From NCBI RefSeq assembly GCF_009914755.1, contig NC_060946.1: a stretch of DNA of 64,000 bases. One strand, given 5' to 3'. This document shows positions 1 through 17,375 of the stretch, in pieces (the first letter of the stretch is position 1; the number at the start of each line of letters is the position of its first letter). The notes under the pieces are model-generated. The model was not told where the DNA came from and ran no database searches. It was given only the letters and a program-made list of their open reading frames with translations. This DNA is from the human T2T-CHM13v2.0 reference genome, Homo sapiens. The position numbers were made by a program, and so were the translations under genes.

Positions 1-789
1 GGCCCTGCAGCCCCTGCGCTCTGAGGGGGGGCCCCCCACGCCCCACCGTAGCATTTTTGCCCCCCATGCACTGCCCAACCGCAACGGCAGCCTGTCCTAT
101 GACAGCCTGCTCAATCCTGGCTCGCCTGGTGGCCACGCCTGCCCTGCCCACCCAGCAGTTGGCGTGGCCGGATACCACTCACCCTACCTGCATCCTGGGG
201 CAACGGGCGACCCGCCACGGCCCCTACCCCGCAGCTTCAGCCCCGTGCTGGGCCCCCGCCCCCGGGAGCCCTCGCCTGTGCGCTACGACAACCTGTCCAG
301 GACCATCATGGCATCCATCCAGGAGCGCAAGGACAGGGAGGAGCGTGAGCGCCTGCTGCGCTCCCAGGCCGACTCACTCTTCGGCGACTCAGGCGTCTAT
401 GACGCTCCCAGCTCCTACAGCCTGCAGCAGGCCAGTGTGCTGTCCGAGGGCCCCCGAGGTCCCGCGCTGCGCTATGGCTCCAGAGACGACCTTGTGGCTG
501 GGCCCGGCTTCGGTGGCGCCCGCAACCCTGCCCTGCAGACGTCACTGTCCTCGCTGTCCAGCTCCGTGAGCCGTGCACCGCGGACGTCGTCCTCCTCCCT
601 GCAGGCTGATCAGGCCAGCAGCAATGCCCCGGGGCCCCGGCCCAGCAGTGGCTCACACAGGTCACCTGCACGCCAGGGCCTGCCCTCCCCGCCCGGCACT
701 CCCCACTCACCATCCTACGCGGGCCCCAAAGCTGTCGCCTTCATCCACACGGACCTCCCAGAGCCACCGCCCTCGCTGACCGTGCAGAG
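1..789 (+). CDS. ZDHHC8: ZDHHC8 palmitoyltransferase, large penultimate coding exon (starts before window), cytoplasmic C-terminal tail
   Basis: Frame from base 2 reads ALQPLRSEGGPPTPHRSIFAPHALPNRNGSLSYDSLLNPG...VRYDNLSRTIMASIQERKDREERERLL...PPPSLTVQ, as in the ZDHHC5/8 tail. Donor AG|GTGGGT at 789/790 (phase 2). Confidence 0.96.
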
Positions 790-2261
790 GTGGGTGCCGG
801 GAGGTGCGGGTGGGCTTCCTGGCACAGGGCAGCTGTCCAGCCGTCTCCAGGGCCCCTCTTGGCTGGGCACTCATAGGTCATCCCAGGGGCCTGAGTTTTT
901 CTCTGGGGACGGGACAGGGAGGATGCGCCTCACCCTGCCTTGAAGGCCTTGGCTAGCCCGTGTGGCCCAGCTCTGAGGATGTCCTGGGCACGCTCTGGGG
1001 ACAGGGTATGAGAATTTGTGTCCTGAGCCCGACGACTCGTTCTTCTAGAGCTGGCACAGACCCAGCATGTGGGAGGCCATGGGGCTTTCTCTTTGGGGCC
1101 AGTATCATGTGGCAGCCTGGGCCTCCTTTAGGCTGTGGCTCTGGCTTCCTGGGTCACAGTGGCCCTGTCCACCCAGGGCTCTCCCTGGGCCTGCTTGGCT
1201 GCATCTCTAGGAGGCTGGGGCTGAGGATATTACCTAGCAGCAGAATGTGCCACCCTGAGTGGCCGGGCCCTGGCCCTCCCTGTAGGACATAGTTCTAGGA
1301 AGCAGGGGCTTCCCTGCTCGTAGGTGGGGAAGCTGAGGACTGGAGAAAGCAGGCTGGCTCCAGGCACCCGGCAGGTTGGTGACTGAGAAGGCGGGGTCAG
1401 CTGGCTCACAGGCCCAGGTCCAGGTAGGAGAGCTGCACACCTGCTGGGGCCAGGACCCACGCCACAGACGCATGGTGTCCTCACGGCATCTGTCGCCCTG
1501 TCCGGGCCTGGAAACCTCAAGCACAGGCGCAGTTGTTTCCCGTCGGCAGATGCAGCCCCAGAGGGAGAGCCCAGCCCAGCCCAGCCCAGGCCACTTGGCC
1601 ACAAAGGGGCTGAGGGCACAGCAGTCCAGCCCTGAGCGGGTCTCCTCTACCCCACAGGGTGGGACCTGTTCAGCTTTTGTGGAGTTGGGGAGGAGGCTGC
1701 CACTGGGAGTGATGAGTGGGGAGCCCGAGACCTAGAAGTGGGCAGCATTGCAGCCAGGCAGGGATCGCAGCCCGGGGACAAAGGGCTCTCGCCTCAAGAA
1801 GGTTTAAGTAGCAAAGATACAGCTGCTGTTGGTCAGCACTGGTGGGCAGGAGGGCAGCCCCTCGTTTTCCTGAGAGAGAGCAGGAATGAGGCCAGGCAGA
1901 GTGGCTGGGCTCCCAGTGCAGGGCACGGCAGGGGCTCCATTCAGTGCCCACCTGGCTGCCCCATGCTCTCTGTGGCCAGTGCTGGCTAGGAGGGACCCAG
2001 GGACTCGGGAGGGTGGTGGCAGTTCTGACAACATCTGTCTGTCCTGTGACAGCACAGCTGCTCCCCAGGCAGGCTCTGCATCCCTCACCTGCTTTCCAGG
2101 TGAACCCTCCAAGCCCAGAGGGCAGGGACTGCACGGGGCCCCACAACACGGCTGCACTAGTCCACGTCCGCGTCGTCTCTGTCTTGCTGCCTCCTCCGTC
2201 CTCTGTCCCCGTGTTCGTGTGTTCACCGTGTGCATGTGTGTATGTGCTTGTTTTGATGCAG

Positions 2262-2433
2262 GGACCACCCTCAGCTGAAGACTCCCCCAAGTAAGCTTAA
2301 TGGGCAGTCCCCGGGCCTGGCCCGGCTGGGACCTGCCACCGGCCCCCCAGGGCCCTCTGCCAGCCCTACACGGCACACGCTGGTTAAGAAGGTGTCCGGC
2401 GTGGGTGGGACCACCTACGAGATCTCGGTGTGA
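2262..2433 (+). CDS. ZDHHC8: ZDHHC8 canonical last coding exon, ending ...[15 protein letters not shown]
   Basis: Acceptor TTTTGATGCAG|G at 2261/2262 is phase-compatible with donor 789. Reads (R)[15 protein letters not shown]...TYEISV, TGA at 2431-2433. EISV is the known ZDHHC5/8 PDZ ligand. Confidence 0.96.
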
Positions 2434-3465
2434 GGACTGACTGCCACACATCCGCCATGGTGCCACGGGGACCAGGACCCCGCAGCGCACCCCCCCTCCC
2501 CACCAACTTCTCTGCCCCAGGGACCCGAGGCCACCCCAGCCTGGTGTGGACCCATCGGCGGGAGAGAGTGCCACGCCTCCACAGCTTGCCCCAAGCGCTC
2601 TGCCTGCCCGTCCACTCATCTGCCCATGGGGAAGTCGGCTCACTGGGACAAGGGCCACTGGGCTGGTCTGTGTCTGGGCCTGTCCCATGGCTGGGGCAGT
2701 GAGGGGGCCCAGTCAGCCTCTTTGGGGCACCCTCTCTCAGCCAGGCTTGGCCCACTGCCATCACCCAGCACCCCAGATCACCGCCAGGCCAGCCCCCAAC
2801 GGTCCCCTTACGGACAGGTCCCAGAGATGGACAGAGGCACCCAGGGCCCCCACCGTCCTTCTGACACAGCCTGTGGGCTCCCGGACCGAGTGTCCCCCGC
2901 CAGGCTACTCCTAACTAACGCGTTGCCTTTCACGGACCCCGCTGGAAGCTTGTAGCTTGGCAAGGCTGATGCTTCTGCCCTGGCCTGCTCTGGGTGGTGG
3001 TGGATAGGTGGACAGACGGCCAGCCAGCCAGCTGTGGCCGGGGGCCCGGCTCCATGTGTCCCGTGTCTGTGTGCTGTGCTGCCGCGCCGTGTCTGATGTG
3101 TCAGTGCTCCGGCCGCCGCTGTCCCTTTCATCAAAGCCTTAACCTTTGCTTTATGCTCTTGTGGGAGGCGACGGGGGGGCAGGCGGGAGCAGGCACGGGG
3201 GTGATGCTGCCACAGGGGGCTGGTGACACCCAGAGCCCCCTCCCCAGCCCTCAGGCCCTCCCTGCCAAACTGGAGAACCCCACCCCAAGGCATGCCACGT
3301 CCGCAGCCCCGGCCTGGCTGCGGTGCTCGCGCCGTGGGAAAGCACACTGGGGAGGGGTCAGTGCTTCCCTTGGTGTCAGGGACCTGAGAGTAAGCACATG
3401 ACAGCGTCTGCTTGCGTTGTGTCTGTTTTATGTTTTTATATCTACATCTATATATCTATAATTTT

Positions 3466-3471
3466 ATTAAA
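3466..3471 (+). terminator. ZDHHC8: Proximal poly(A) signal ATTAAA of ZDHHC8
   Basis: ATTAAA preceded by a U-rich/UA-rich tract and followed by a U-rich element (GTTATTTTGATTCTTT), about 1 kb after the stop. Confidence 0.65.
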
Positions 3472-4053
3472 AAAAAGAAAAAGAGTTATTTTGATTCTTT
3501 CCTTGGGCAAGGCCAGGGCTATTGCTGCAGGATCCCGAGTTAGGGGAGGGCAGGGGCCGGGCCCCAGAAGAGGGAGTGGCTGCTGTCTGGTGTGCAGGGG
3601 TCGGTGGGTTCCTCAGGGGCATTTCTGCCGACTTGGGCTGAGTCAGAGGCTTGGGAGGAGGGGGCGGCCGATGGTCTGTGGCTGGGAAGTGTGAGGGTCT
3701 CTCGCCTTGGGTCTGTGTCAGTTCTGGCAGTGACAGGGTGTTTGGGGGAAAGACTTGGGTCTGCCGCTACCCACAGGGGACTCTCAGGAACCCGAGAGCT
3801 TGGGGAGATGAAATGGGGGTGCATAGGGGCCACCTGTTGGCTCAGGGCCCTGTGGGGGCAGCTGAACCTGCTGGAACTCTCCTGCCTGCCACATGCCAGG
3901 GGCAGGGCTGAGGGAGTGTGAGGGATGCACAGCTGTTCAGGGCTGAGACATCCTGGGCTGGGGCTGTCCCAGCGTGGGAGGCGTGCGGGCTGTAGGGCCC
4001 CGAAGCTGACCTCCACCTTTCTGCTTCTCTCTCATGGACGCCGCGGCCCGCAG

Positions 4054-4264
4054 GGGGCGGATTGGCACCTGCACCCGTGGATGGGGGCGGCGTGGCCAGC
4101 CTTGGGTGCCTCCTGGGCTGCACCTGTGCCACCTTGGCCGCCCGGAGGACCGCCCACCACTGCGGGCCCCCTGGAGCCAGGCCGCCGGGGCACCCCCACG
4201 CGGGGCCATGTGCCGCCTGCACTTGGCTGCCTCCAGTCTTTTCCCCAGTCTCTCGGGGCCCTAG
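4054..4264 (+). CDS. ZDHHC8: ZDHHC8 alternative terminal coding exon (longer isoform, ...GRIGTCTRGW...SLFPSLSGP*)
   Basis: Pyrimidine tract 4011-4033 and CAG|G acceptor at 4053/4054 in the same phase as donor 789. Gives 69 codons versus 56 for the canonical exon (+13 aa), matching my recollection of 778 vs 765 aa isoforms. Confidence 0.8.
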
Positions 4265-5019
4265 CAGGATGACAAGTAGGCGGCTCTGGGGCCCAGGACA
4301 GCCCAGCTGGGGACCCAGGAGGTCAGACTGCAGTGGACCCTGGGGCAGGGCTGGGGGTGGGCTGGGCTCTCTGCTCCACCAGCCACAGCTTGACAGATTC
4401 CCAGCCTGCCAGGGCCTGAGACCCTGTGTCCACATGACCTCAGGGAGTCCCCCACCTGCTGCAGGGGGTCCAGCACCCCACAGGGGGGCAGTCCCAGAGC
4501 TGTGGGGACCGGCACGACCTTTGCCCAGCCTCCCTACCCAACCAAGCACTTTAGACTAAGCCACTTCCTCCTCGGGGAGCCCAGGCCTCCGTGGGTTGGG
4601 CTGGGTTGGGGGGGGGGGTCTCAGGTTGCCCCTGAAGGTCTCTGCACTCCTCCTGCCCTTCCCCTGACACATGAACAGATGCCTTAACTTCCTGGAGCCA
4701 CCAGCCTGGTGAGCCATTGGCCCCTGCCTGCCACCAAGGTCCTGTGGTCTTGGCCAGCTCCGCCTGGGCCCCACTGGGGCTGCCTGCACCCAGAGACGAT
4801 GCCGGCGGGATCTCAGAGGGCCTGAGGCCCAAGCCCTGTGTCCTCCAGCAGTGGTACGGCCTGCGGCAGGGTGGCACTCCGGCCAGCCCTTCTCTGTCAC
4901 AGGGTCCCTGTCCCTGGGTCCACCCTGGGCTGTGGCTCTACATCTCCCATTTGGGGACGAGAAAGCCACAAAACCATTCTCTATTGTTCTTAAGGGTACC
5001 CCTGCTAATTAATTCCCCA

Positions 5020-5025
5020 AATAAA
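5020..5025 (+). terminator. ZDHHC8: Distal poly(A) signal AATAAA of ZDHHC8
   Basis: AATAAA followed by TTTTTGGTGTTG (GU/U-rich). Confidence 0.8.
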
Positions 5026-5648
5026 ATTTTTGGTGTTGATCAGCTCTGTCTACCAATGTGGTCCCCTGGACCGGACAGGGCCCTGGGTTGGGGAGGCGAC
5101 AGGACCTGGGCAGGGAGGGTGGTGGCCAGGAAGGGAGGGGAGTTGCATGAGGGGCATGAGGTCAGTGGATCAGCAGGTTCAGCGCTGAAAACCTGACCTC
5201 TGAGGTCCCTGGGAGGGCCTGGCCCAGGGGGCAAGACCTGAGGACCCCCCAGTCCTTACTGCTGTTGCCTTTCAGTGGAGACCCTCCTAAGACGCCTTGG
5301 GGGGTCAGAGCCCCGTGCAGAGGGGCTGCCTTCTGGAGGGCAGGTAGGATGTGGGGTGGGAAGCCGGCCCTGAGCTGGGGTCTCCACCCTGAGGGACCCT
5401 CGCTGCAGGATCGCCTGGGCATCCCTCCCCCAATTTCCACAGAGACGTGCTCACCGGCCACTTATGTCATGACTCTATGTCCAGCCACAGGCCCAGCCCT
5501 CAGGACAGACCCCACCTCCACCCTTCTCTGCAGCTTCTGGCAAGGATGGTGCACAGTGGTGCCATGTGCAGGGGGCTGGCACGGCCACTGGGCATCCGGG
5601 GCAGTGCTGGTCGCCTGGCCTCCTTGCTGGGGCCGCTGGGCCTCTGGC

Positions 5649-8198
<2,550 letters not shown>

Positions 8199-8231
8199 TC
8201 ACTGCCTCTGACCCACTGACCCACCATGCGA

Positions 8232-8537
8232 GTTTTCTTTCTTTCTTTCTTTTATGGGAAGGGGACTTGCTCTGTCACCCAGGCTGGAGTGCAGTGGCAC
8301 AAGGTGTCTCATTGCAGCCTCCAACTCCTGGGCTCAGGCAATCCTCCCACCTCAGCCTCCCAAGTAGCTAGGACTACAGATGTGTGCAACCATGCCCGGC
8401 TAATTTTTAAATTTTTTGTAGAGATAAGGGTCTCGCTATGTTGCCCAGGCTGGTCACAAACTCCTGGCCTCAAGCGATCCTCTTACCTCAATATCTGAAA
8501 GTGTTGGGATTACGGATGTGAGCCACTGCACCCAGCC
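8232..8537 (-). mobile_element. Alu (old, AluJ-like)
   Basis: T-rich tail, TCTGTCACCCAGGCTGGAGTGCAGTGG...GAGCCACTGCACCCAGCC, diverged. Confidence 0.9.
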
Positions 8538-8790
8538 TAGTTATAAAACAGATAATACACACACTCACAGTGTGGATTCAAAAAGTATCAAACAATAAAA
8601 ATGGTGTCCAAGCTTTTCCCACCTTTATCTCCTGTCCCTGCAGACAGGAGCTTCCTCTTTAAGCTCCTAGAGGTGGGCTGCCGTCCCCTGCCCCTGGTTC
8701 ACACAGAAGAGGTCATCCTGTAGCCCAGCTTTGCTTTTCACCTAATATATCTCTGAGGTTTTAAAACATTCTTTTCTAGCTATGTATTGA

Positions 8791-9137
<347 letters not shown>

Positions 9138-9149
9138 TGTTATCCTCTG

Positions 9150-9230
9150 TTTATGGGTGGGAAAGCTGAGGCAGGAAGCCCTTTAGTCACTTGCCGAAGG
9201 CCACGCTGTTAACGGTCGGACCAGATTTGG
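9150..9230 (+). mobile_element. MIR fragment
   Basis: GGGAAAGCTGAGGCA...TAGTCACTTGCCGAAGGCCAC resembles the MIR core. Confidence 0.55.
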
Positions 9231-10139
9231 GTGGCGGAAGAGAACTCATCCGACAGTAGGGCCAGATTCACGCCCCAGGCCCGTTCCCTCCTGCTCCCTG
9301 GTGCTCCTCACACCATCGGCCCTGCTGCCCCTCACTGCCCCTGAGTCCCTGTGCCCGTGTCCTCCTTCTTGAACCCATCAGCCGTCAGTTAACCCTCAGA
9401 AAGCTGGCTCGGAGAAGTCCTCATATGGTAGGAAGAGCCCCGTTCCCTCCTCTCCCGGTGTCCTGGCCCCCCTGCAAGGTGACTTCACCTCCTACATCAA
9501 GAGGCGGGTACTGGTCTCCACCTCTGGGCTCTGGGCCGGCCTCGGATGCACTTGGCCAATGGGCTGCTCCTAAGCTGCTGTGGGCAGAGGTTGGCACGAC
9601 ACTTGTGCGCTGGGCCTGGACCTCTCTTGCTTGGCTCTGGGGACTGTCCTCCCTGCAGGAGGCCTGGGCTGGGCTGCAGGATGAGAGGCCATGGGTCAGG
9701 AGAGGCTTCTGTCGTCCCAGCCGGTCCCCAGCTGCCTAAAGATGGGTGGACAAGCCCCAGCGAGGCCCCCAGAGAACCGGCCCATACGTTAGCCAAGTTG
9801 CCGGCCATGTACCATCGAGCCCCGGGCTGTCATGGTGGTTTTGCCACTGAGTTTTGGAGTGTGCTGTGACGTGGGAGGAGACATTGAGAGGCCTCACAAG
9901 CCTAGAAGCGTCTTACCCTGACCTCACACCTGCTGGACTTCGGGCTGGGAAGAGAACTGGGGCCGAGGGCGTTTTCCCACAGGACTGGAAGGCCGGTCGT
10001 GGTCCTTGGTGGTGAGAGCTGGCCAGGCTGCCAGCCTTCTCCCCGGAAGCCTGCAGGGTCCCCTCTGATCCCTGCGCCTCTGGGGGTCACACCAACTGTG
10101 GGTCTTTCCTTCCTCACCACGCTGGGCACTTGGTGAGCA

Positions 10140-10900
<761 letters not shown>

Positions 10901-11496
10901 GACAGGCAGAGCTGCCGGGCACTCCTCTTTCCTTGTTAACTTGAGGAAGCCGGACAGCCAGGTCTTGGAAGGGAGGCCTCCTGCCTCCAGGCGGCATCTC
11001 GGGCTGCAGGGCTGTGGTCTGGAGTGCGGACAGTACCAGCTCCCACTGCTGTCCTGCCATGCTTGTTCGCAGTACTCGTCTCCTCACACCAGTGACGAGG
11101 CCACTGCTTGCCAGCCGCTTGCCTTCTTCCCGCCAGGCTGTCCTGCTACGTCAGCCTCCGCTCTCCACCTCAAGAAGTGTCTCGAAATATCTTCTCTGCA
11201 GATGACCTCTCTCCTGTTCTCAGTGCCACGTGGGGCCTCCCCAGCAGAGGCGGCTGGACACCTGGCCCTGGCTGCTGGAGGTTGTTTAGCTGCCAGAGGG
11301 TGGCGGTAGCCTCCAGGACCCTCCCCTGGCCTCTGCCCTGTTCATCCTTTGCCGGAATGTCATGGGTTTCAGGATGTGCTGAGCTCCGAAACCCCATGGG
11401 GCAACTTGGGATGGGGGCTAAGGAAGGCCTCTTGGAGGAGCCCTGAGGCGAGGTGGCCCTGGGGTGGGGTGGAGGAGGCCCTGAGCAGCAGGGGAG

Positions 11497-11850
11497 GGGG
11501 TTGCACCCTGCTCTCTGTGTCCCTGAGTGAATGGGGCAGGGGCTGCACCCTGCTCTCTGCGTCTCTGAGTGAGTGGGGCGGGGGCTGCACCCTGCTCTGT
11601 GTGTCCCTGAGTGAGTGGGGCAGGGGCTGCCCCCTGCTCTCTGCATCTCTGAGTGGGATGGGGGCTGCCCCCTGCTCTCTGCGTCCCTGAGTGAGTGGGG
11701 CGGGGGCTGCCCCCTGCTCTCTGTGTCCCTGAGTGGGGTGGGGGCTGCCCTCTGCTCTCTGTGTCCTTGAGTGAGTGGGGTGGGAGCTGCACCCTGCTCT
11801 CTGTGTCCCTGAATGAGTGGGGTGGGGGCTGCACCTGCTCTGTGTGTCCC
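11497..11850. repeat. 42-bp minisatellite, ~8.5 copies
   Basis: Unit GGGGCTGCACCCTGCTCTCTGTGTCCCTGAGTGAGTGGGGCG; two copies lack 4 bp. Confidence 0.92.
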
Positions 11851-12246
11851 CAGCCTGCTAAGTGCCCCACAGGGGCCAGGATGCTGAGGAGTGAGAGGTC
11901 TTCACAGAGACAGGTGGCTCCTGTAATAAGGAAGACAACACTGGCTTCCTGGGCGAACAGCAGGGCGGGGTCCTTAGGTCCCACTGTAGGTGCCCAGGCC
12001 CGGATGAGATTCCCCAGTGGCCCTGAGGGGGCGACCGGGACACCCTGGATGGCCCAGTGTCCTCCCGTCACCCTCGCCCCTGGGCACCATCCTCCTTGGC
12101 CTGGAAACCCCAAGCTCCCTGACGCCCCCGCCCCTCTCCCCGGGCCTGTGCCGGGGAAGGATACTGCTGCTCCGTCAGTCAGCCATAGAGCCCCTCCTCC
12201 CCCAGCCCCTCTCACCCCTCCCTGTGGTCCTTGCCAATCGCCCTGA

Positions 12247-13137
<891 letters not shown>

Positions 13138-16100
13138 GCTTGGCTGCTCCCAAGCATATCTCAGAAGCCAGGAAACAGGCCCTGAATGGATGGAGCTCGG
13201 GGTCACTGGGCCAGCCACAGCCCTCAGAGGACCCCATCTCTGTGCCCTCTAACCTGGGCTCCTGGCCCACACCCACCCAGGCTGCCTGTCAGGATCTGCT
13301 CCTTCTCCAGCCCTCAGAGCTGCCCTATGTGGAGGGTTGGGGGTCCCAGAAAACCTGGGAGAAACGGGTCCTGGAAACAGGGTCGGGGGGAAGGGCAGAG
13401 TGCTGGGGATGCTGGGCCCACGACCTCCCTGTCCCTGGGGCTTCCCCATGTCAGAGGTGAGGCTCAGAGAGGTAAGGGCGCACCCTTTGTCTGCCCCCTC
13501 CCCAGCATGGCCAAGTCGCTCCCAGGGTGCAGGCGATGGCAGGCCATTTGTCTCCCTCCTGGGTGAGTCTCTGGACATGGATTCTCACATTTTTTATTTA
13601 AGAATCAGAGAGATATAAGAATGTCAAGGAAAAATCCTCTCATGGACAATGCAGCCCCAGTAAATGACTGTCAGCCGGCGTGTCCAGGGCTTCAAGGCCC
13701 CAGGAAGTGGCCATGCTGGGGCTGCCAGGCCTCTGGCTCCAGGGTCACTGGGGCTGAACTGTCTGCCCAGGCCCGGAGACACCCTGCCCCTGAGGAGCCC
13801 ACCGGCTTGGCCAGTCCATCTTCTTGGCACTCCCTGACCACCACTTACCTTCTAGTCGGACAGTGGAGCCTGGGGGGACAGCGTGGCAGAGTGCCTGATG
13901 GTCGGTGACAAAGTCATCTCCAAAGTCCTTGCTGGGGCCAAGAGCCAGGACTCCTTGCCCGTCCCCGTCACTGCCCTGTGCCCGCCCAGCACCTGCTGGG
14001 GACTAGGCTGCCCATTGGAGAAGGAAACACAGTGCTGGGCTGTGAGCTCCTGAAGCCTGTCTCTGTGCCCCAGGACCAGGCTCCTGGGTGGAGGGAGAGA
14101 CCAGGGGCAGGTGAGGAAAGGCAGGGCCCCCAGAATCCCTCCATGCCTGCCCCTCAGTCTCCAGGACTTATGTGCAGGTACCGGTTGGAGCTGTGGTGCA
14201 GTTCCCAGTCTCACCACCAGATGGCACCATGCCCCTGCAGAAGCAGTGCCCAGAGCAGGCCAGGTGGTTCTCGAGGGCTGCGGAGGAGGAATCCACCCAG
14301 CCGAAGCTCTGGCAGGAAAGGGGCAGTGCTAGGGGGAGCCCCCTCCCCACTTGGATCCGAAGTTCCCATGGGGCCTAGGGCAGGGGCTTGCCAGGTAGCC
14401 AGAAGTTCCCTTGCTGAGTCTAGGGTGTCTATCCCACATTTCACATGGAGACGAATCATCCCAGACACCCCGGCACTGTCCCGGGGCCGTTTGCCACCCC
14501 TCCCAAGGGGCAGGGCTCCTGTCTTGGGGCCTTCCCAAGCATAGTAGCCTTCGGGCAGCCCCGGCCTGGCCCCAGGTTGTCCCACTTGTCAGTGGGCAGC
14601 TGGGGCTGGGGGAGGGGTCCCAGCTCCTGTCCAAGGTCACCGTTGCCCCTGACCAGGGTGTGGCAGCTGCTGTGGCCTGGGTCAGTGAGGCCGTGGACGG
14701 AGGGTGGCCTGGGTGTAGGCACTGCTCTCAGCTAAGAGAGAGCCCATCTGGAGGAAGAACCAGGAACCAGAGGGATGGCCGGGTTCCCAGCGTGCAGGAG
14801 GCCAGCTTAAGTTCAGTAGGGTCCCCCTGCAGGGACTCCAAGAGGCAAACCACATGGAGAGTCACCTGAGAGGGAATGATGGAGGCTGGGGAGGTGGAGC
14901 CCCCACCTCCAACTGCTGCCTCGGCCCCCACAGCAGGGGAGGGCGGGAGGCTGGCACTGGCACTGCCCTGGGAGATGCCACCTGGGCCTTGGTCTGGGGA
15001 GGAGGGCTGGCCAGGAGGCTGGGTACGGCTACTGCTCTGGAGTGACCGAACCATTTCCACCCTGCTTGCCTTATTCTTCTCATGAGGGCCTCAAGGGGAC
15101 ACACCAGAGGTTTACTGGGGACATGGCAGGGGAGGGATCTCAGTGCTGGCCTTCTGGGGCCCTGCGTCCACTCCGCCCCTTTCTGACCTGGGCTGGGGCC
15201 TCTGCCCTCCCCGGGGCCTGGAGACAGAGCCCTTTTGGAGGCCCTCAGGCTTGACAAGCCTACTTCTTAGAGCCAGGCTGTGGGCTGGGCTGTATCCTGG
15301 TGGGATGAGGGATCTGGGGCTTGGGTGGGAGTGGGGCTGGGAGCAGGTGGAAGTTGGTGCCTCAGGCTCTGAGGAATGGGCCTGGGATGGCTGCAAAGTG
15401 GAGGAGAGGCTCTCTCAACCCTGGGCTTTGGGGTCTGAGCCCAGCCCTGTCCTCAGGCAGTCTGCCCCTGCAGCCCCGCATTGCCATGTTGGTTGGAGTT
15501 GCGATGAGAGGTGCTGGGGCCTCCCTTGCCTCTGCCCAGCACAGCTGAGAAGTTACGTGCTGCTGCCCAACTGTGGGGGTTTCAAACCCCGCTGGAGCCT
15601 CCAGGCGGGCCCTTGGGCAGCAGGGCCTTGTGGCGGGAGGAGGGGACCCTGGGAAGTCAGGGACCAGGCAGGGGAGGGAGAGAAGGTGGGAGCACAGTTG
15701 TGGGTGTGGGTACCCGCCCCTTCCTGAACTGTGTTCCTCCCGGCCCACCTGACTCTAGTCCTCTGTGCCGGCTGCCAGGGGATACCCGAGGCCACCTGCG
15801 TCCCCAAAAGAAGGTCTCACCTTCAGAGCCAGCCTTTGAGGCTCCTGGGTGACCTCAGCCTGTTACCCTTGACCCTGAGTTCACCTAGATCAAGTGGGAG
15901 GCCGCTCTTTGGGCCTCAGTTCTCCCATCCTCAGGGAGTAGGTCCTCTGTCCCCTGACAGCACCCCTCCTCGCTGTGCCACCACCACTGCCAGGGTTCTG
16001 ATCTGTGGATGTTCCCCAGGGGGTGGCTCTGGGCTCTCAGGCAACCGGCTACTGTGGATGGTGGTTTGCACGAGAATAGTGTCACTCTTGGGTCCTTTGC

Positions 16101-17177
16101 TTGAAGTTGGCTCTGCTGAGTGCAGCCTGCAGACATTTTCAGGAAACTGAATCCACAGGCTGGAGCCTTCTGCTTCCCCACAACCCAAACGGCCCCCAGC
16201 CAGCCAAACAGCCACGAGAACCCAGCTGCTAGCAACTGCCAGCAGGAAACCCACTACCAGCCGCTCACAGATGGACAGCCCATCCCAGGAGCTGGCCCCA
16301 CCTCCCCGCCCCTCTGCTGACCAACCCAGCAGCTCCTTGGGTGGGTGTGGCCACCCTGCTGCCCCAACCTGCTCCCGGACCCTGTGCCAGGAGGTGCTTC
16401 GCCTCAGCGGGGCCTTGCCTCCCCCAGAGCCGCTCTGCTGCCTGACCTTGCAATGTCATGGGTCCTCTGGGCACCGGCGCAGTTGGGTGGGATCAGCTTT
16501 GGCCAGCAGGTGGGGGGCAGGTGGGTAAATCCTCCCTCTCTGCCATCTCCGCTTCCTTCCTCCTGCCCGGCTTCCCTGCCTTTTTCCTACTCTGGCTCCA
16601 GGGTTGCACTGCTCAGAAAGCTGTTGCTGCCTGGCCAGCACGCAGGCCTGATTTTCCTGGGAGCCTGGACTAAGACCCTGACCAGTCCTCCCACCCACCA
16701 CCCACACCACCACCCAGCTAGCCAGCAACTAGGCCAGGAGTGATCAGGAGGGGGCCCAACCGACCACCCACCCGGCGTCTCCAGCCGGCCAACTCTGCCC
16801 GCTCAGGGCCGTGAGCTGGAGGTGCCAGGAGCCTCCCGGGAGGCAGTGTGAGGCATTCTTCTTAGTAAGTCCCGCATCGATGATAAAGGGCAGTATCAGC
16901 CCCTCTCTGATGCGCAGTGAGCGGCTCACCATACAGGGGAGGCGTTTAATTTATCTCGGGAACTGGGCGCAAGTTATAAAAATGGTAATTTCTTGGAGAT
17001 TCAATTACATGTTTTCATTGTTACCCTCGATAATCAAGGAAACGATTTTTTATAAAAGGCTGTGGGATGATACTGATCTCAGGAGAGGATCTGGGCCGGG
17101 TGGGGGCTTTGGGGACGAAGAGGAGGGCAGTGTCTGCTGGGGGCAGGCAGGGCAAGTGGAGCTGGGCCGGCCGGCCC

Positions 17178-17375
17178 ACCAGCTCCTGCAGCCCACCAGT
17201 TCCTCCAGCTCCTCCAGCCCTCCAGTTCCTCTAGCTCTCCAGCTCCTCCAGCCCACCAGTTCCTCCAGCCCTCCAGCTCCTCCGGCCCTCCAGCTCCTCC
17301 AGCCCACCAGCTCCTCTAGCCCTTCAGCTTCTCTGGCCCACCAGTTCCTCCAGCCCTCCAGCTCCTTCAGCCCTC
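17178..17375. repeat. 17-bp degenerate tandem repeat (CCAGCTCCTCCAGCCCW) with ~51-bp higher-order period
   Basis: About 11 units; explains the repeated LQLLQPTSSSS in the ORF track. Confidence 0.85.

Noticed and set aside
790-943. Read-through extension of the ZDHHC8 ORF (WVPGGAGG...)
   Set aside because: Lies past a good GT donor and is intronic.
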